Of a DNA stretch of 64,000 nucleotides, positions 1-12,395 are shown one piece after another (the stretch's first letter is position 1; every line of letters begins with the position of its first letter). The position numbers and the translations under genes are program-made. The notes beneath the pieces are model-generated. The model was not told the DNA's origin. It ran no database searches and worked only from the letters and a program-made list of their open reading frames with translations. The DNA comes from Dimorphilus gyrociliatus (lineage: Eukaryota; Animalia; Annelida): contig CAJFCJ010000004.1 in NCBI GenBank assembly GCA_904063045.1, positions 985,713 to 1,049,712 on the forward strand, given 5' to 3'.

Positions 1-370
1 AAATAATAGAAATACTTCAGATGGCTCTAGTGATTGACATAAACAAACAGCCTTTTTTCAAATGTAATCTGGTTGTATTACAGAAATATTAATCGAATTT
101 GTATTATTTATCAAAATAAATAGTTATTAGATAACTTGAGCTGGGATTAGGCCAATATTTATTGTCGAACAGAGGCGATAACTGAGAAAAAAAAGCCACC
201 GACTAGGCCTATAAAATTCAATTACTCTCCTAAACGCCATCTGATGGCCGAGTTTTTCACATTGATCAGTCAATTTCTGTATCGTGCCCAGTCAACTTTG
301 GCTCTTGTTGTTTTGAAAGATCGATAATAGAAGATCTAATAATTTTCTAATGGCATATCCGATCTAGATT

Positions 371-554
371 ATGGCATTAGCAAAAATGATAAATTCGGAT
401 AAAGAATATTCAGTAACCGATATATTCAGCTCATGCTGGAAAAACTGTTTAAAAAAGAAGACTAAGGAATACGAGAACATTGAAGGAGTTAATTTAAACG
501 GTGGGGAAAAAAATTCAGGAGATAATAATAAGGCTTTCGATAGTAGAGAGAATC
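371..554 (+). CDS. Candidate first coding exon, possibly of the synaptotagmin gene (MALAKMINSDKEYSVTDIFSSCWKNCLKKK...DSREN)
   Basis: ATG at 371 with an open frame and a consensus donor C|GTGAGT at 555. Phase 1 matches the phase-1 acceptor of the SYT exon at 6525 (C+AA = Gln). TATAAAA at 210-216 upstream. No homology recognised. Confidence 0.35.
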
Positions 555-3500
555 GTGAGTAATGTTTTTTCTTCGGAGAAAGATAAATGAAACAAATGTA
601 ATAGAATAAGAGAATAGAATATTAGAAAAAGAAAGTAACAGTCGCTTAGGAAATTGTTGAAAACACCATCAATTATATTTAGGATGCAAGTCTTGTATAA
701 GATGCGTCTTTAGAGAATATTTTTGACTATTTCTACCCGTAGAAAAAAGATAATGACCTTGCCTCTGCCTCTTCACTTTTCGTTCTTTAGTACCTCATTT
801 TTTTATCATAAAATAAATAATACAGTATTTTGTTTATAATACTCGTATAATTTATAATTAGAGTATTATTAATTTTTATCTAATAGTGTACTTATTCTTC
901 TAAGTCTATTATTTATATCTTAATTTCATTCTAAAGATAAGTAATTTAATAAATAATTGAAGTGAAATATTAGAAGCATTGACATAATTCAATTTTTCTT
1001 TTTTAAACTCCTGCCTATTTTTTTCTTATTAATCAATTGATATCTTTATAAAAAAAATGATGAACTAAAAAATAATGGTATTAGGTTAATCGCAAACTTG
1101 TCGTAATATTTACAAAAAATTGTTTAATTCGAATTGAAAACTTAGGCAATTACCTTTTGTAGAGGCAAATTGATTCTCACCATAAATTATTTAGGTATTA
1201 TTGATAATCAAAAATATTACTATTTACTAGTAGATATCCTTGCGAAAAATTCCTTTCCTTCTAAAACTGAGGCCTATTATAGATGAGAAGAATACTTAAT
1301 GCTTTTCTCGATAAATATAATATAGTTGTGATAAATTATACTAACAATATCAAATAGATAACCGTTTGTATGTATATACATATATACTGAATACAAAAGT
1401 ATGAATGGAAATAGAGTGCAATTTGCTATAAATTTCTTTAATTCGCAGTTTGAAAATATTTACCAAAAATTTTAACATAGAATTCCTTGCTTGTGACAGA
1501 CTTAAAGGTCGTAAAAATATCGATTGCTGCTACTGTTAAGCTTTATGTATTATGTATTATATGCTTATAAACATCAGGACTAGGAAAAATATACTGAGGT
1601 TTTTGTTTTTGCTGGAAAATTAAAAGAAAAAGAAACAAGCAATCTCCGTTCAAATATGCTAAACTTTAAACATATATAGTTATTTTATGAGCACTTGTCA
1701 TTTAATTATTATTATATATATACATATATATGTATACATATATTTATATATTGTATATATAGTGATATATTACAAGTATCTAAACATCCAAAAGCAATTA
1801 TACAATTGATAGATGTAAGGTTATTTTTATAGGTTTAGAAATGTTGATTTAATATTAAACAATCACTCTCCCTCTCTATGTCTCTCTGTTTCTTTCCTTA
1901 TTGAAATATTCCTCTTAACAAGTGCTGTCTTCTCTTCAAATGGCCTAGTTTGCTCTAAATTCTGATGGTGTTAAAATAATATCTATTGTGTTTCATGATC
2001 TAGATTCATTGAATGTTTTATTTAGAAAAATTCATGAGTATTCGTGCTTATAAATTTATCGATTTGAAAATATGTTGAAAGTTTAATGGAGAGATTCTTA
2101 CACATTTTTATCAAAGTTATATTGTAACTGCAATAAAGCAGACTATACAGTGAGGATTGTAGAAGGATAGAGTGAGGATAATAATGATTTGAATAATTTC
2201 TACTTAAGATTTGTCTAATATATCTTAAAAACCAAATTAGAAGTCTATTTAACAGAGGAGAAAATTGTTGAAATAAGTCTCGTGGAAATAATTACTCGAC
2301 TATCATAATTCTAACAGCGTAATGACCACTTCATCCCAGCAATGTTTTGCATTTTAATTTACTTGTTGAATACCACTAGAGAGTTTAATTAATCGATTTT
2401 TATTGTATGTTTGTAAGTCATTAGCTTATATTGATAGACACGAGTACGCTGAAACATAGAGCTTAGTATGACTATTTTCTAATAAATAATCAAGACTAGC
2501 GAGGGTTTATGAATTCCTAATAAAGATATTGTACTTGTAAAGAATGAGAAAGACTATCAATTCTTATCTTCATTCCAAATATTTCAAAGTGACAAAGTAC
2601 TTGTTAATAATGGAATAAATTAAATTCTTTCTCGCCAAATATAAAGAGGATATTTATTCTATATACTAAACTAGTATAATATTGTTAGAATTCTAATAAT
2701 AAATGATAAAAATAAATTAATTGTCTCATTTCTTTTTAAAAGAGAAATTTATTCACATTATTTGATGTTATTCATCATCAAATGCATCACGACCATACCT
2801 CGGGTTATAGATCATGGAAATATTCAACTTATCAATAATTTTTATTTGTAATTTTACCCATTTTTTCTCTATTTGCCTGCAATATTTAACAATGTTAAAA
2901 TATCTCTTCTAACAAAGGCCTCAAATATTTTATTTTATCGCTTTTACGTTTGAAAGTAGAATTTTAGACTAAATCCTACGAAGAGGATTCATAGGAATCT
3001 CCTATTCATCCTGACATTTACAGGTTGCACCGAAAACAAAAAAAAGTTTGGACTATTGATTACTTGTGGCAGTATATACAGCGTTTCTCTGTGTTAAACT
3101 ACACAGTTAGAGAGAAACATAAAAAAATGTAAAGTGCATTAGTAAAAACAAAGTTATGTATTATAGGCCTGCCGCTACTTTTTACAGCTGCAACGTAGAT
3201 ATATTTTACGTTTTATATTCCAGATTTAGTATTCCTTTTACATTTTTGCACTTGACAAGGGTTCTCATACTTCGTCAATGATTTTCACTAAGCGAAAAAA
3301 AAAGCCATAAACGTTTCATTAAATCTCTGATATTATATTTAATTTATTTGAAAATCTCTTACATGTAACGTCCAGGGTAGCATCCATTAATGAATCTAGG
3401 GAATAGAAAACATTTTCACATAAGAACGCAAAGGAGAATAAATACCTAATATAAACATACCTTAAACAAGAATATTTAATCAGGGTGTTAGAAGGATTTA

Positions 3501-6500
3501 AGATACTTTTTTTTATATTATTATATTAATATTCGGTATATTATACAATATGTAAAGAGTGTACAAACAGAATATATACAGTATCTATAAAAGTGATATT
3601 ATAAGAAAAAACTATTTAATTCTTTTCATATACATCTAAGATTCTTGTGCGTGAATACCTACATAAACATAAAGCCCTTTGTTTGTTCTGCTCTGGCGCA
3701 AAGTTTTCGTAAAAGTTGATTTATATTTCTATAAATAGTACACATAAGTTAACTAACCAAATTTTGCTTTTCTTTTCTCTTTTGAGAAGACAAAGCTTAT
3801 ATCTCTAATCAGACATTCGTAAAAAAAGACGTCATTTTCAATTTAATTATTGAGATCTTTTATTAAGAAATAGGCTAGATTCATTATCAAAATAATTAGA
3901 GTGCGAGATTCTCTTTTTTCATCCTATTTTAATTTTCCTCTTCTTTTGGTAGTACCATCTGATGCTCTATTTAATGTAAATACTGATAAATAGAAAAAAG
4001 AGGGCTATCGGAAAATCATGTTTACAAGTGTACTCTCATACAAACGTATATAATAACCATATATGTAATAGTATTTCTTTTTCTCTCTCTCTTTCTATCT
4101 ATCTATCTATCTATCTTTTCTCACTCCCTTTTTTCCTCCCCCTCCCTTTATCATTTGTAATACATGCAGAATTGATAATGCATATTGTAATTATTATTTA
4201 ATGAATTTACTTCCATACTGCTTTTATCTTCCTATGTGACTGTTTAGTAAACTAGTTTTATAATGGATAATGTTACAGGACAATTATATTAAGGATATGA
4301 AAGATTACGATTTATTAAATAATTTTGATGATAGTTAATAAAGCAGAGACTTTTAATTGAATAATAGGAATAGCAGTTTATCAACCAATTTTTTGAATGT
4401 ATATTAAAAAGAGAAAGAGCAGTTGATAAAATTTTATACAAGACACCAAAAAAAAAGACTATAATTTTTGGTTTTACAATAAATTACTTATTACTGTTAT
4501 TTTGAGTAATGATATGCTGAAGATCTTATCTTTGAACTTTTTTCTTCTTTGCCCAGCGTTTCCCTTTCATTATTTTGCCTCTAAGCAACAAGAAAATTGC
4601 AGTGTATATTTTATGCTAGTCACTTTTAATATACATAATATTAACTATATGAAAGATTTCTATAGACAGCATATGCCTTACTTGGCGTAAAATTATTATT
4701 GAATTTAACAGTCTAGTTTCAAACACATCTGTGAAAAATATTACGTATTCAATTAACTTTTATTTTTATTTCGCTATATACAGTATCTATATATATCCGT
4801 ATATGTATTAGTATGTATATGTATACGTTATTTTTGACAGTTATTGTTTATATCCGCTATCAATATATCCCGTATTTAGCTATTTTAAATTTATTTCAAC
4901 CGGAAGAGAAATTACGTCAATGTAACATATTTGCCATCCTTTCAACTTTTAGACTGAATCATGAATCCAAAAAGAACTGAGACTTTTTTTTAAAAAAAAA
5001 AAGAAAAACTTATTTAATCAGTGAGGGATAAACATTCGCTCTTTGATTTAGTATATAGATGTAGTATTTACAAACGCACAAGTACATATATTTAATAAGT
5101 CATAAAAATCTTTGATGACTCTGAATATGTAGAATTTTTGAATCTTATTAGTCTATATACAGTATATATAGTTTAGCAAGACCTCCAATAATAATAGAAA
5201 ATATTAATTGCTTATTAAATCCTGTCTGATATATGTTGTATATAAAAATTAGTAGTGTAATGAGTCTTCTCAAGTATACAAGAGTTTTTTCTTCTTTCCC
5301 ACTATGCTAACAAAAAGGGATGAATACAGCTTTTAAAGTAGGCCTAGACAAATTATATTAGTCCACCACATTGACTTTTTCACTTGTAGTAGAGCTTAGA
5401 GAAAACTTTTCGACGAATAAAACTGGCCCCTCCAGACGTGACTTATTTCCTCATAATTTCTTTTGCAGTATTGCTAATAAATTCATGATTGCTTTAGTTT
5501 ATTTGTAAAAATAAAAACAAGCTCCAATTTTATCGTAAATCCTAAAATTAAATTCTTTATATTTCTTAGTTAAGCAGCATTTCCCTGACTAAGAAAACTA
5601 TTTAAGTATTCAGGTCATATTTATACTTGATTATGCATAACTCAAGAACATATTATACTATAATATTTTATACTGTATATTTTAAAATACGCTAAAAGTA
5701 TACTAATAAGAGATGTTTCACTCCATCCAATATCAACATTCCGTGTAAGCAATTTTATACTTTTTACAGTTAATTAGGAAAAATATACTAAAAAGAAATA
5801 TCAAAAGTATTAATTATTAATTAAGGAGAATACTTTCCTATGTGTTGTTCTCTTTATATCTTTTTGTCTTTTCCTTTTCCCTTTAAATGGTTCATTATTT
5901 GGAGATTGCGTCTTATATATCTATACCTATAGAAATAAATATAATTAAAATAAGAGGATTACGTTAAAAGATTGTACAGTTTTATAAATTGCAAGCTAAT
6001 TAGTTCAAGATTATGCTAAAATTTTTCACTTTTCTTCAACCTATTAACGGTCGTTTTGATATGAATAATTGATGTAGGAAAAGCATCTCTTTATCTCCTT
6101 ATATGCTACCATTTGTTATATTCTGTTCACTTTGAAACAGGAGACCAAAACAGATATAAAATTATTATTGGCTATAATTTAGTAGCGTTTCTAAGATAGA
6201 ATAATTGGCTTTTATAAGCTCCACTCAATAGACTCTTATTAAGCGTTCTTCTGGAACAATTTTTTCGTGGTATATACTTATGTATGTCAACGATTCGTTC
6301 TGGTGATTGCGTCTATTCTGAGGCACTATACTATCAAGAGAAGACATAAGTGATTTATGCAGTTGGGAATGCACCATAGAAACTAATTCTAGCACATGTA
6401 GTAGTTACTATCATTATTTCTGTCCCATTTTTCTTTGTAATATAAATTATATATGTTGACAATTTGTTGTCATTTTTACAAAAAATTAATTTTAATTAAC

Positions 6501-6524
6501 AAAAAACCTTTTGTATATTTTTAG

Positions 6525-9500
6525 AAGCCTCATTTGGTGAAGAAGCTCGTGGCTCTAGTGGTGATGAATCTGACGAAGACGTCCGACAGCGGTTTATAGA
6601 GGTATTGTCAATAATTTCAACATTCTATTGTATAATTATCTTAAATGCCATACATATTGATTCCAATTTTGTACAATTTATTGACAAATAGCTTAAAAGA
6701 TCATCGTCCGTAAGAGCAAGCGGTCAATCCGTTTTGTGTAAGAAGAGTGCGAACGATCAAACTAAGGAAGGACAAGGTAAAGGCTTGATAATTTTATTTA
6801 ATTATATATTTTGGAGTCAGGATGCACAAAGTGTCGAAAATCCACACAAAGTTAACTAGTTGTTTATAGTTTGATGCCATAGTGTTATTTTTCATTAACT
6901 TAAGGATTAGGCTGATTAGTCACGGTACAACTATACCTCTATCTTGCTATGTGGCAAACTAAGCTTATTTTCTACTATTGCTTGAGGATTCAGATACATC
7001 CCTAATGATACCTCGTGTAGAGAGAAAGATATATTGTTTATAAAGATATTTTTAAAGAGTCATATAAAAATTTTATCAAATTAAAAAAAAGTTTGAGTCT
7101 GATAAGATTTAATAGCTAACATTATTCATACGATTAAAAAACGACATATTACAGTTGGAATTAATTATTTATAATTAAAGTTAATTATAAAAATCGTTAT
7201 TCTTTTTATAGACGAACCAGATCATCATTCTATCCCAAAGTCAAACGATTCTTCAAATAAAGACTCATCAATTCTGGCAAAGAAAGATTCAGCATCAACA
7301 AGGTCAAGAGAATAAATCCTCCTTTTCTCTCACTCAATACATTGCATAGTTCATAGACTAATTTCTTCCCTTTTTTAATTTTTATAGATCTTCTAAAGTA
7401 GAATCAAATGAGTATGATAATTACGGTTACAGTACAGAAAAAGACGTAGATATTGAGTCGAAAGTATCCAGCAACGAGGAGAATATGTCCATTGAAGGAA
7501 TCGACCATGAAGTACATTTTGCCATGTCATTTATTTTTAACGTTATTCTATTACTGATTGCTTTACAGCTTGGACAAAGTGCTGATGAAACTATAGAAGA
7601 CGAACATGAACGTCAAATTATTTCTAGATGTGGGCAAATAAATGCCACTTTCAGTTAGTAATTACAGCTTTTATTCTTTGTATTTTCTAACTTTTTTATA
7701 CTTAATTAGTCTTTGAAGAAGATAAGAAGAGAGTTTCCGTTACTATTCATAATGCTCGAGATATTCCAACGAAAGAAAGGGGAGGTATGTCCTTCACTGT
7801 CGTTCTATTTGCATTATATACCTTATACAGCATATTTATTGGAAATTTTTATTAATGTTTTATTGTAAAGCAATAATCTCATAAATGAATTTCATCTCTT
7901 AGGAGCCAATAATACTCAAGTTCGCTTACTCCTCCTACCCGTTAAGAAGGGCAAATGTAAAACAAAAATTAAGGAAGGTGAAAATCCAGAATTCGAAGAG
8001 ACGTTCAATTTTAAAATGACTGCTGGTAACTATCTATTTATAGAAAGTATCAATACATCATAACTTATTATATATCTTTTTATTTACTTTAGACAATTTA
8101 GCAACACATGCCATAAGAGTTAGGTTGTATGGTTGTGAGAGGATGAGGAGAGAACGAATGATTGGTGAAAGTGCAATTGGTTTAGGTCATCTCAAGGAAG
8201 TTAAAAATAACTCGAAGACACAAACGATAACACTGGAACCAAGAATGAATATAAACGTAAAACAATATTAATTGCATTTTCTGCCTCAACAATCCAATAA
8301 TTAAATTTTCTCCAGCCCCATATACTTTTATATAGTATACCTTATATAATCCTATAAATCACCATGAAAAACCTTAAATTTTATTAATCTAATTGAATTT
8401 GTCTCAAAAATATTTAATAGTGCTTAATTCATAATTTATTGATAGATTAATTCAATTTAAAATAATTACTAATCACGCAGACTGAAGACGGCTATGATGT
8501 CGGTTCATTGTCATTAAGCGATAGTGCATCCTCAACTCAATCGCTTCAACATGGTGGAATGCCTGAACTTCTTTTAGGATTAGCTTATAATGAAACGACT
8601 GGCAGATTGAGTGTTGAAGCCGTTAAAGGTAAATAAGAAATGTTTCTACTTCCCTTCCTTAAAATAATTTTATATCCCGTTTATCTTCCATAAAAGGTTT
8701 AATAACTAATTGATGAAATACTAATTTAATTAAAAGATAGGGTATTTACCAAAAGTGCAATGGAATATTGTTTCGTAATAAAAAAACTAAGAATAGATAA
8801 AACTATAAAACAAATTTCTACGAAGAAATTGCTTTTTCTATTGCGTAAATTAGGGACGTGTCTTTTTCTTTGTTAGCAATAAATATATTACAAGAAGCAA
8901 TTAATCTTTCTTTTTATGTAACTAGAAGTTTTTACTTCTATTGTTCCATTCAACGGTTTAATTGATAGATACATAATGACACTTGATGTACAAACGAGTT
9001 CTATATCACTATGTCTATTTGTAGATAGATAAATACACATACGTAAGTATGTGTTTACAAAGGTGTGTAAGTGTTGGTAAATCTGATTATATTGATTTTT
9101 TTTTCTATTTCTTTTCCAATAGGATCAAATTTTAGAAATCTTGCAAGCCATCGACCTCCAGATACTTATGTTAAATTTTCCCTGATGTCGCCTACGGGCC
9201 GAGAAATGTCACGCTCCAAAACTACTGTTAGACGAGGCCAACCGAATCCTTTATTCAAAGAAACTTTCATGTTCCAAGTTCCACTTTTTCAACTTCAGGA
9301 AGTAACGTTAATGGTTTCCGTGTATAATAAAAGGACAATGAAAAGGAAGGACATGATCGGCTGGTTTAGTTTAGGTAAGTGGAAAAGAAAACTGTTACTA
9401 TAAACTATATTCTTAGCTAGTTGACTGTGCAAAGAGAACGTTTCTTAGCAAACCCTCTTGGCTTTTATTGCTGATCGAAACGTCTTTATACAAATGAAGT

Positions 9501-9650
9501 TAACGTAGCCACCAAACTCCAATTTTATAAATCATCGATGTTTTTTCAGGTTTAAACAATTTAGGGGAAGAAGAACTTTCCCACTGGAATGATATGGGAG
9601 AGTCAAAAGGAGAACAAGTTTGCAGATGGCACGTACTATCTCAAACCTAA
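6525..9650 (+). CDS. SYT14: Synaptotagmin-14/16-like Ca2+-independent tandem C2 protein (5' end incomplete)
   Basis: Phase-consistent GT-AG exons 6525-6601, 6692-6776, 7212-7302, 7388-7511, 7569-7653, 7710-7784, 7903-8025, 8093-8256, 8481-8628, 9123-9374, 9550-9650 (TAA). Translation includes [93 protein letters not shown] and [22 protein letters not shown], characteristic of SYT14/16. SYT14 and SYT16 cannot be distinguished. Confidence 0.92.
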
Positions 9651-10220
9651 TCCAACAGTATATTCGTTAGAGATTACTAAATTTATTCAAAAAGAAAGGA
9701 AAAAAAAATATTAAACTTCTCTGCATTAACCTGTTCAACCTGTGATAAAATAAAGAAGAATTTAGTCTTAATATAATATCCATGCTATTAATCTGGAAAC
9801 TGCATGTTTGTAAAACATTTTTAAAAAATAAAAATTTCTTGACCTTATTTCTCCATTCAATCTTTTAACTGTCATGTGTCTTTTATTTAAAATATTTATT
9901 TATATACTAATTAATATTATAAAAAAAGTTTGTTAATTATTTTTGTTGTGATGTAATCGACAAACAAAAGATTAAAAAATGAAGCTGGTTTTTATGCGTT
10001 TAATTTTAGATACTTTTTAACACTGCAGCTAGTCATGTTGTATTTTTCCTCTTGTTCGAAACTAATACATACAAGACATTCTATTTTCTTCAGAAGCAGT
10101 CTAAGTCAAATATTATACTGTATATTATACTGTAGTACATAATTTTATTAATATCATTCACCGACAGTACACAAAAGTGTATTTATACATTTTATTAATA
10201 ATACTAATTGGTGTAAATTT

Positions 10221-10236
10221 AACCGGAAGTCCGGTT
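10221..10236. promoter_or_regulatory. ETS-type site (ACCGGAAGT) within inverted repeat AACCGGA-AG-TCCGGTT, upstream of the kinesin gene
   Basis: Exact sequence aaccggaagtccggtt, about 970 bp upstream of ATG 11203 in very AT-rich DNA. Confidence 0.4.
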
Positions 10237-11113
10237 GATAATTGAAAAGATTGAACATCATTTTTTTATTTTTAAGTAATTTATCGATTGTTTTTTACAT
10301 TTTAATCAATTTTTAAGTAGCGACAAAATAAAAACTACGATAGATATGAGGAGTATATCAAAATGATAATCGTAATAATACAATAGCATCTTTCATTCAA
10401 TAAAATCGTGTATAGAAATAGTTGTAATACTCTAAATATGTAATTTACTGTTATCGGTATTCATTATTATTAATGATAATTATTCAATAATTACTTACTT
10501 GCTTTAATATTAGAATATTAGTTACTTTTATATCATTCTACTACCGAAGGAAACAATTTAAAGTGGTTACATTAAATACAAATGACTTTAATTAATAGTC
10601 TTAATGCGTATGTTAAAAATAAATACGGATTACTTTTTAGTTAATCTTTTTCATTACCAGCTTAGCTAGTAAACAGATGGCGCTACCTTAAATACCATTT
10701 TAAACGACCGAAAATATTCGCACTACAGCATTAAAGAAATGGTCTAAGCTTTAGCCAAGCATATCGAATTTTATAGGGAATTATAATCTTATTAAAAGTG
10801 AAGGTGTTTCCTAAAGAAAACTTGTCAAAAAACATATAAATATACGAATACAATATTTGTGATAATTGACGGTAGCTGGCGCTAAATTAGTTTTAAAAAA
10901 TGATACTAACTTCTTATTTCCTAATTAAAGAAATTTGGGTGTGTTCACAACCACCTACGTTGCTTTTTTAATGATAAAACAACATATTAAAAGCTAACTG
11001 GAGATAAATGAATAGATTAGAATGTCCAACTTAACCTGACACCCACTGGATCGTACCGAAATGATATAGGCTCGCCCACTGTAGGCTAAAATACTAAAGT
11101 CTTCAGAACAAAG

Positions 11114-11121
11114 TTTGGCGC
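11114..11121 (+). promoter_or_regulatory. E2F-type motif TTTGGCGC near the kinesin start
   Basis: Matches TTTSSCGC and ends about 80 bp upstream of ATG 11203. Confidence 0.3.
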
Positions 11122-11202
11122 TCTATTGAGCAGATTAACAATGCAAAATGGATAATCCGAATTTTCTGGATAGAAAAAGTTAATCTTGCACAAAGGAATA
11201 AT

Positions 11203-12340
11203 ATGTCCAACGTGAAAGTAGCTTTGAGAATCCGTCCATCGAATAAACGGTATGAATAATAATTATTATTATAAAATAAACGGATAATTGCAAGGGATTA
11301 ATCCTCATGTCGACAATCCAGTGAACGAAGGGACGCCTCGAAAATAGTGTTAAGAGTGGAAAATTCTTCTATTACTCTAATAAACCCAAAGGTACGAAAA
11401 TTGTATGAATCATTTATGAAGCGTAAAACTATACAAGAGATTCTAGTAAAATTTTAATAAATGAAATATTCTTAATCGTTACGTCAAAAGCTATTTTGTC
11501 AATTCATTGAATTATTGATTAAAAAAGAATTTCCCAATCGATTCTTTACCAGTTTGTCTTCTTTATTTTTTATTTGTTCAAAAGGATTAGCTGTTTTGTT
11601 AATTAGGTTATGGTGTAATTCGATATTGACCCTCTTTTTTTTCAGAATATAATAGGCTTTATTATGTAGTTTATTCTTTTTAACTTAATCTATTTTCCCT
11701 AGTAATTTGTTATTAATTTGTCCTCTATCATTCAACAGTTGCAGATTCCTAATACATACGGCGATAGCCGAGATCGAGAAAAGAAATTTACATTCGATTT
11801 TGTGTACGCTCCAGAGGAATGTTCCTATAGGCCTAATGACACTCAGGAAGAGGTAACAATTTTTTTTCTCAAACATGTTTAATATTAACTTAGTATTTCT
11901 TACATATTTCTTACAAAAAACTAAGAATACTCGATTTCATATAAATTTTAAGTGACTAGAGCGCTAGAGTTAATCCACCTTTTACGTAATAGGTAAAAGT
12001 ATATTCGATTAATATTATTGTTGTATTAAGTAAAAAGATTATACTAAAAGTATAAATATAAATATATCAGGTATAAGGTAAAGAATAAAAACGAAACTGA
12101 TTATTTGACGTTTTATAATTAACAAAATGTTGAAAGTTTACTTGCCTAAACGTATATAACTAAAAAAAAATCTAGGCTATTTCGATTAAAAGGATTAAAG
12201 AATTGATGACAGTATGCGTAACTTGCATTGATACTGAAAATTTTTTTGTACTAATACTCAAGTCAATTATCACTCTTAAGAGTTATGTACTACTGAACCA
12301 GATGCCAATACTCGATGTGCTGATAATCTATTTATCTCTT

Positions 12341-12395
<55 letters not shown>

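Noticed and set aside
3024-3071. Possible small exon CTENKKKFGLLITCG between the candidate SYT first exon and 6525
   Set aside because: Good acceptor but weak donor and no homology support.
4984-5003. T-run followed by A-run forming a hairpin-like palindrome
   Set aside because: Homopolymer juxtaposition expected in AT-rich DNA; intrinsic terminators do not apply to this eukaryotic context.
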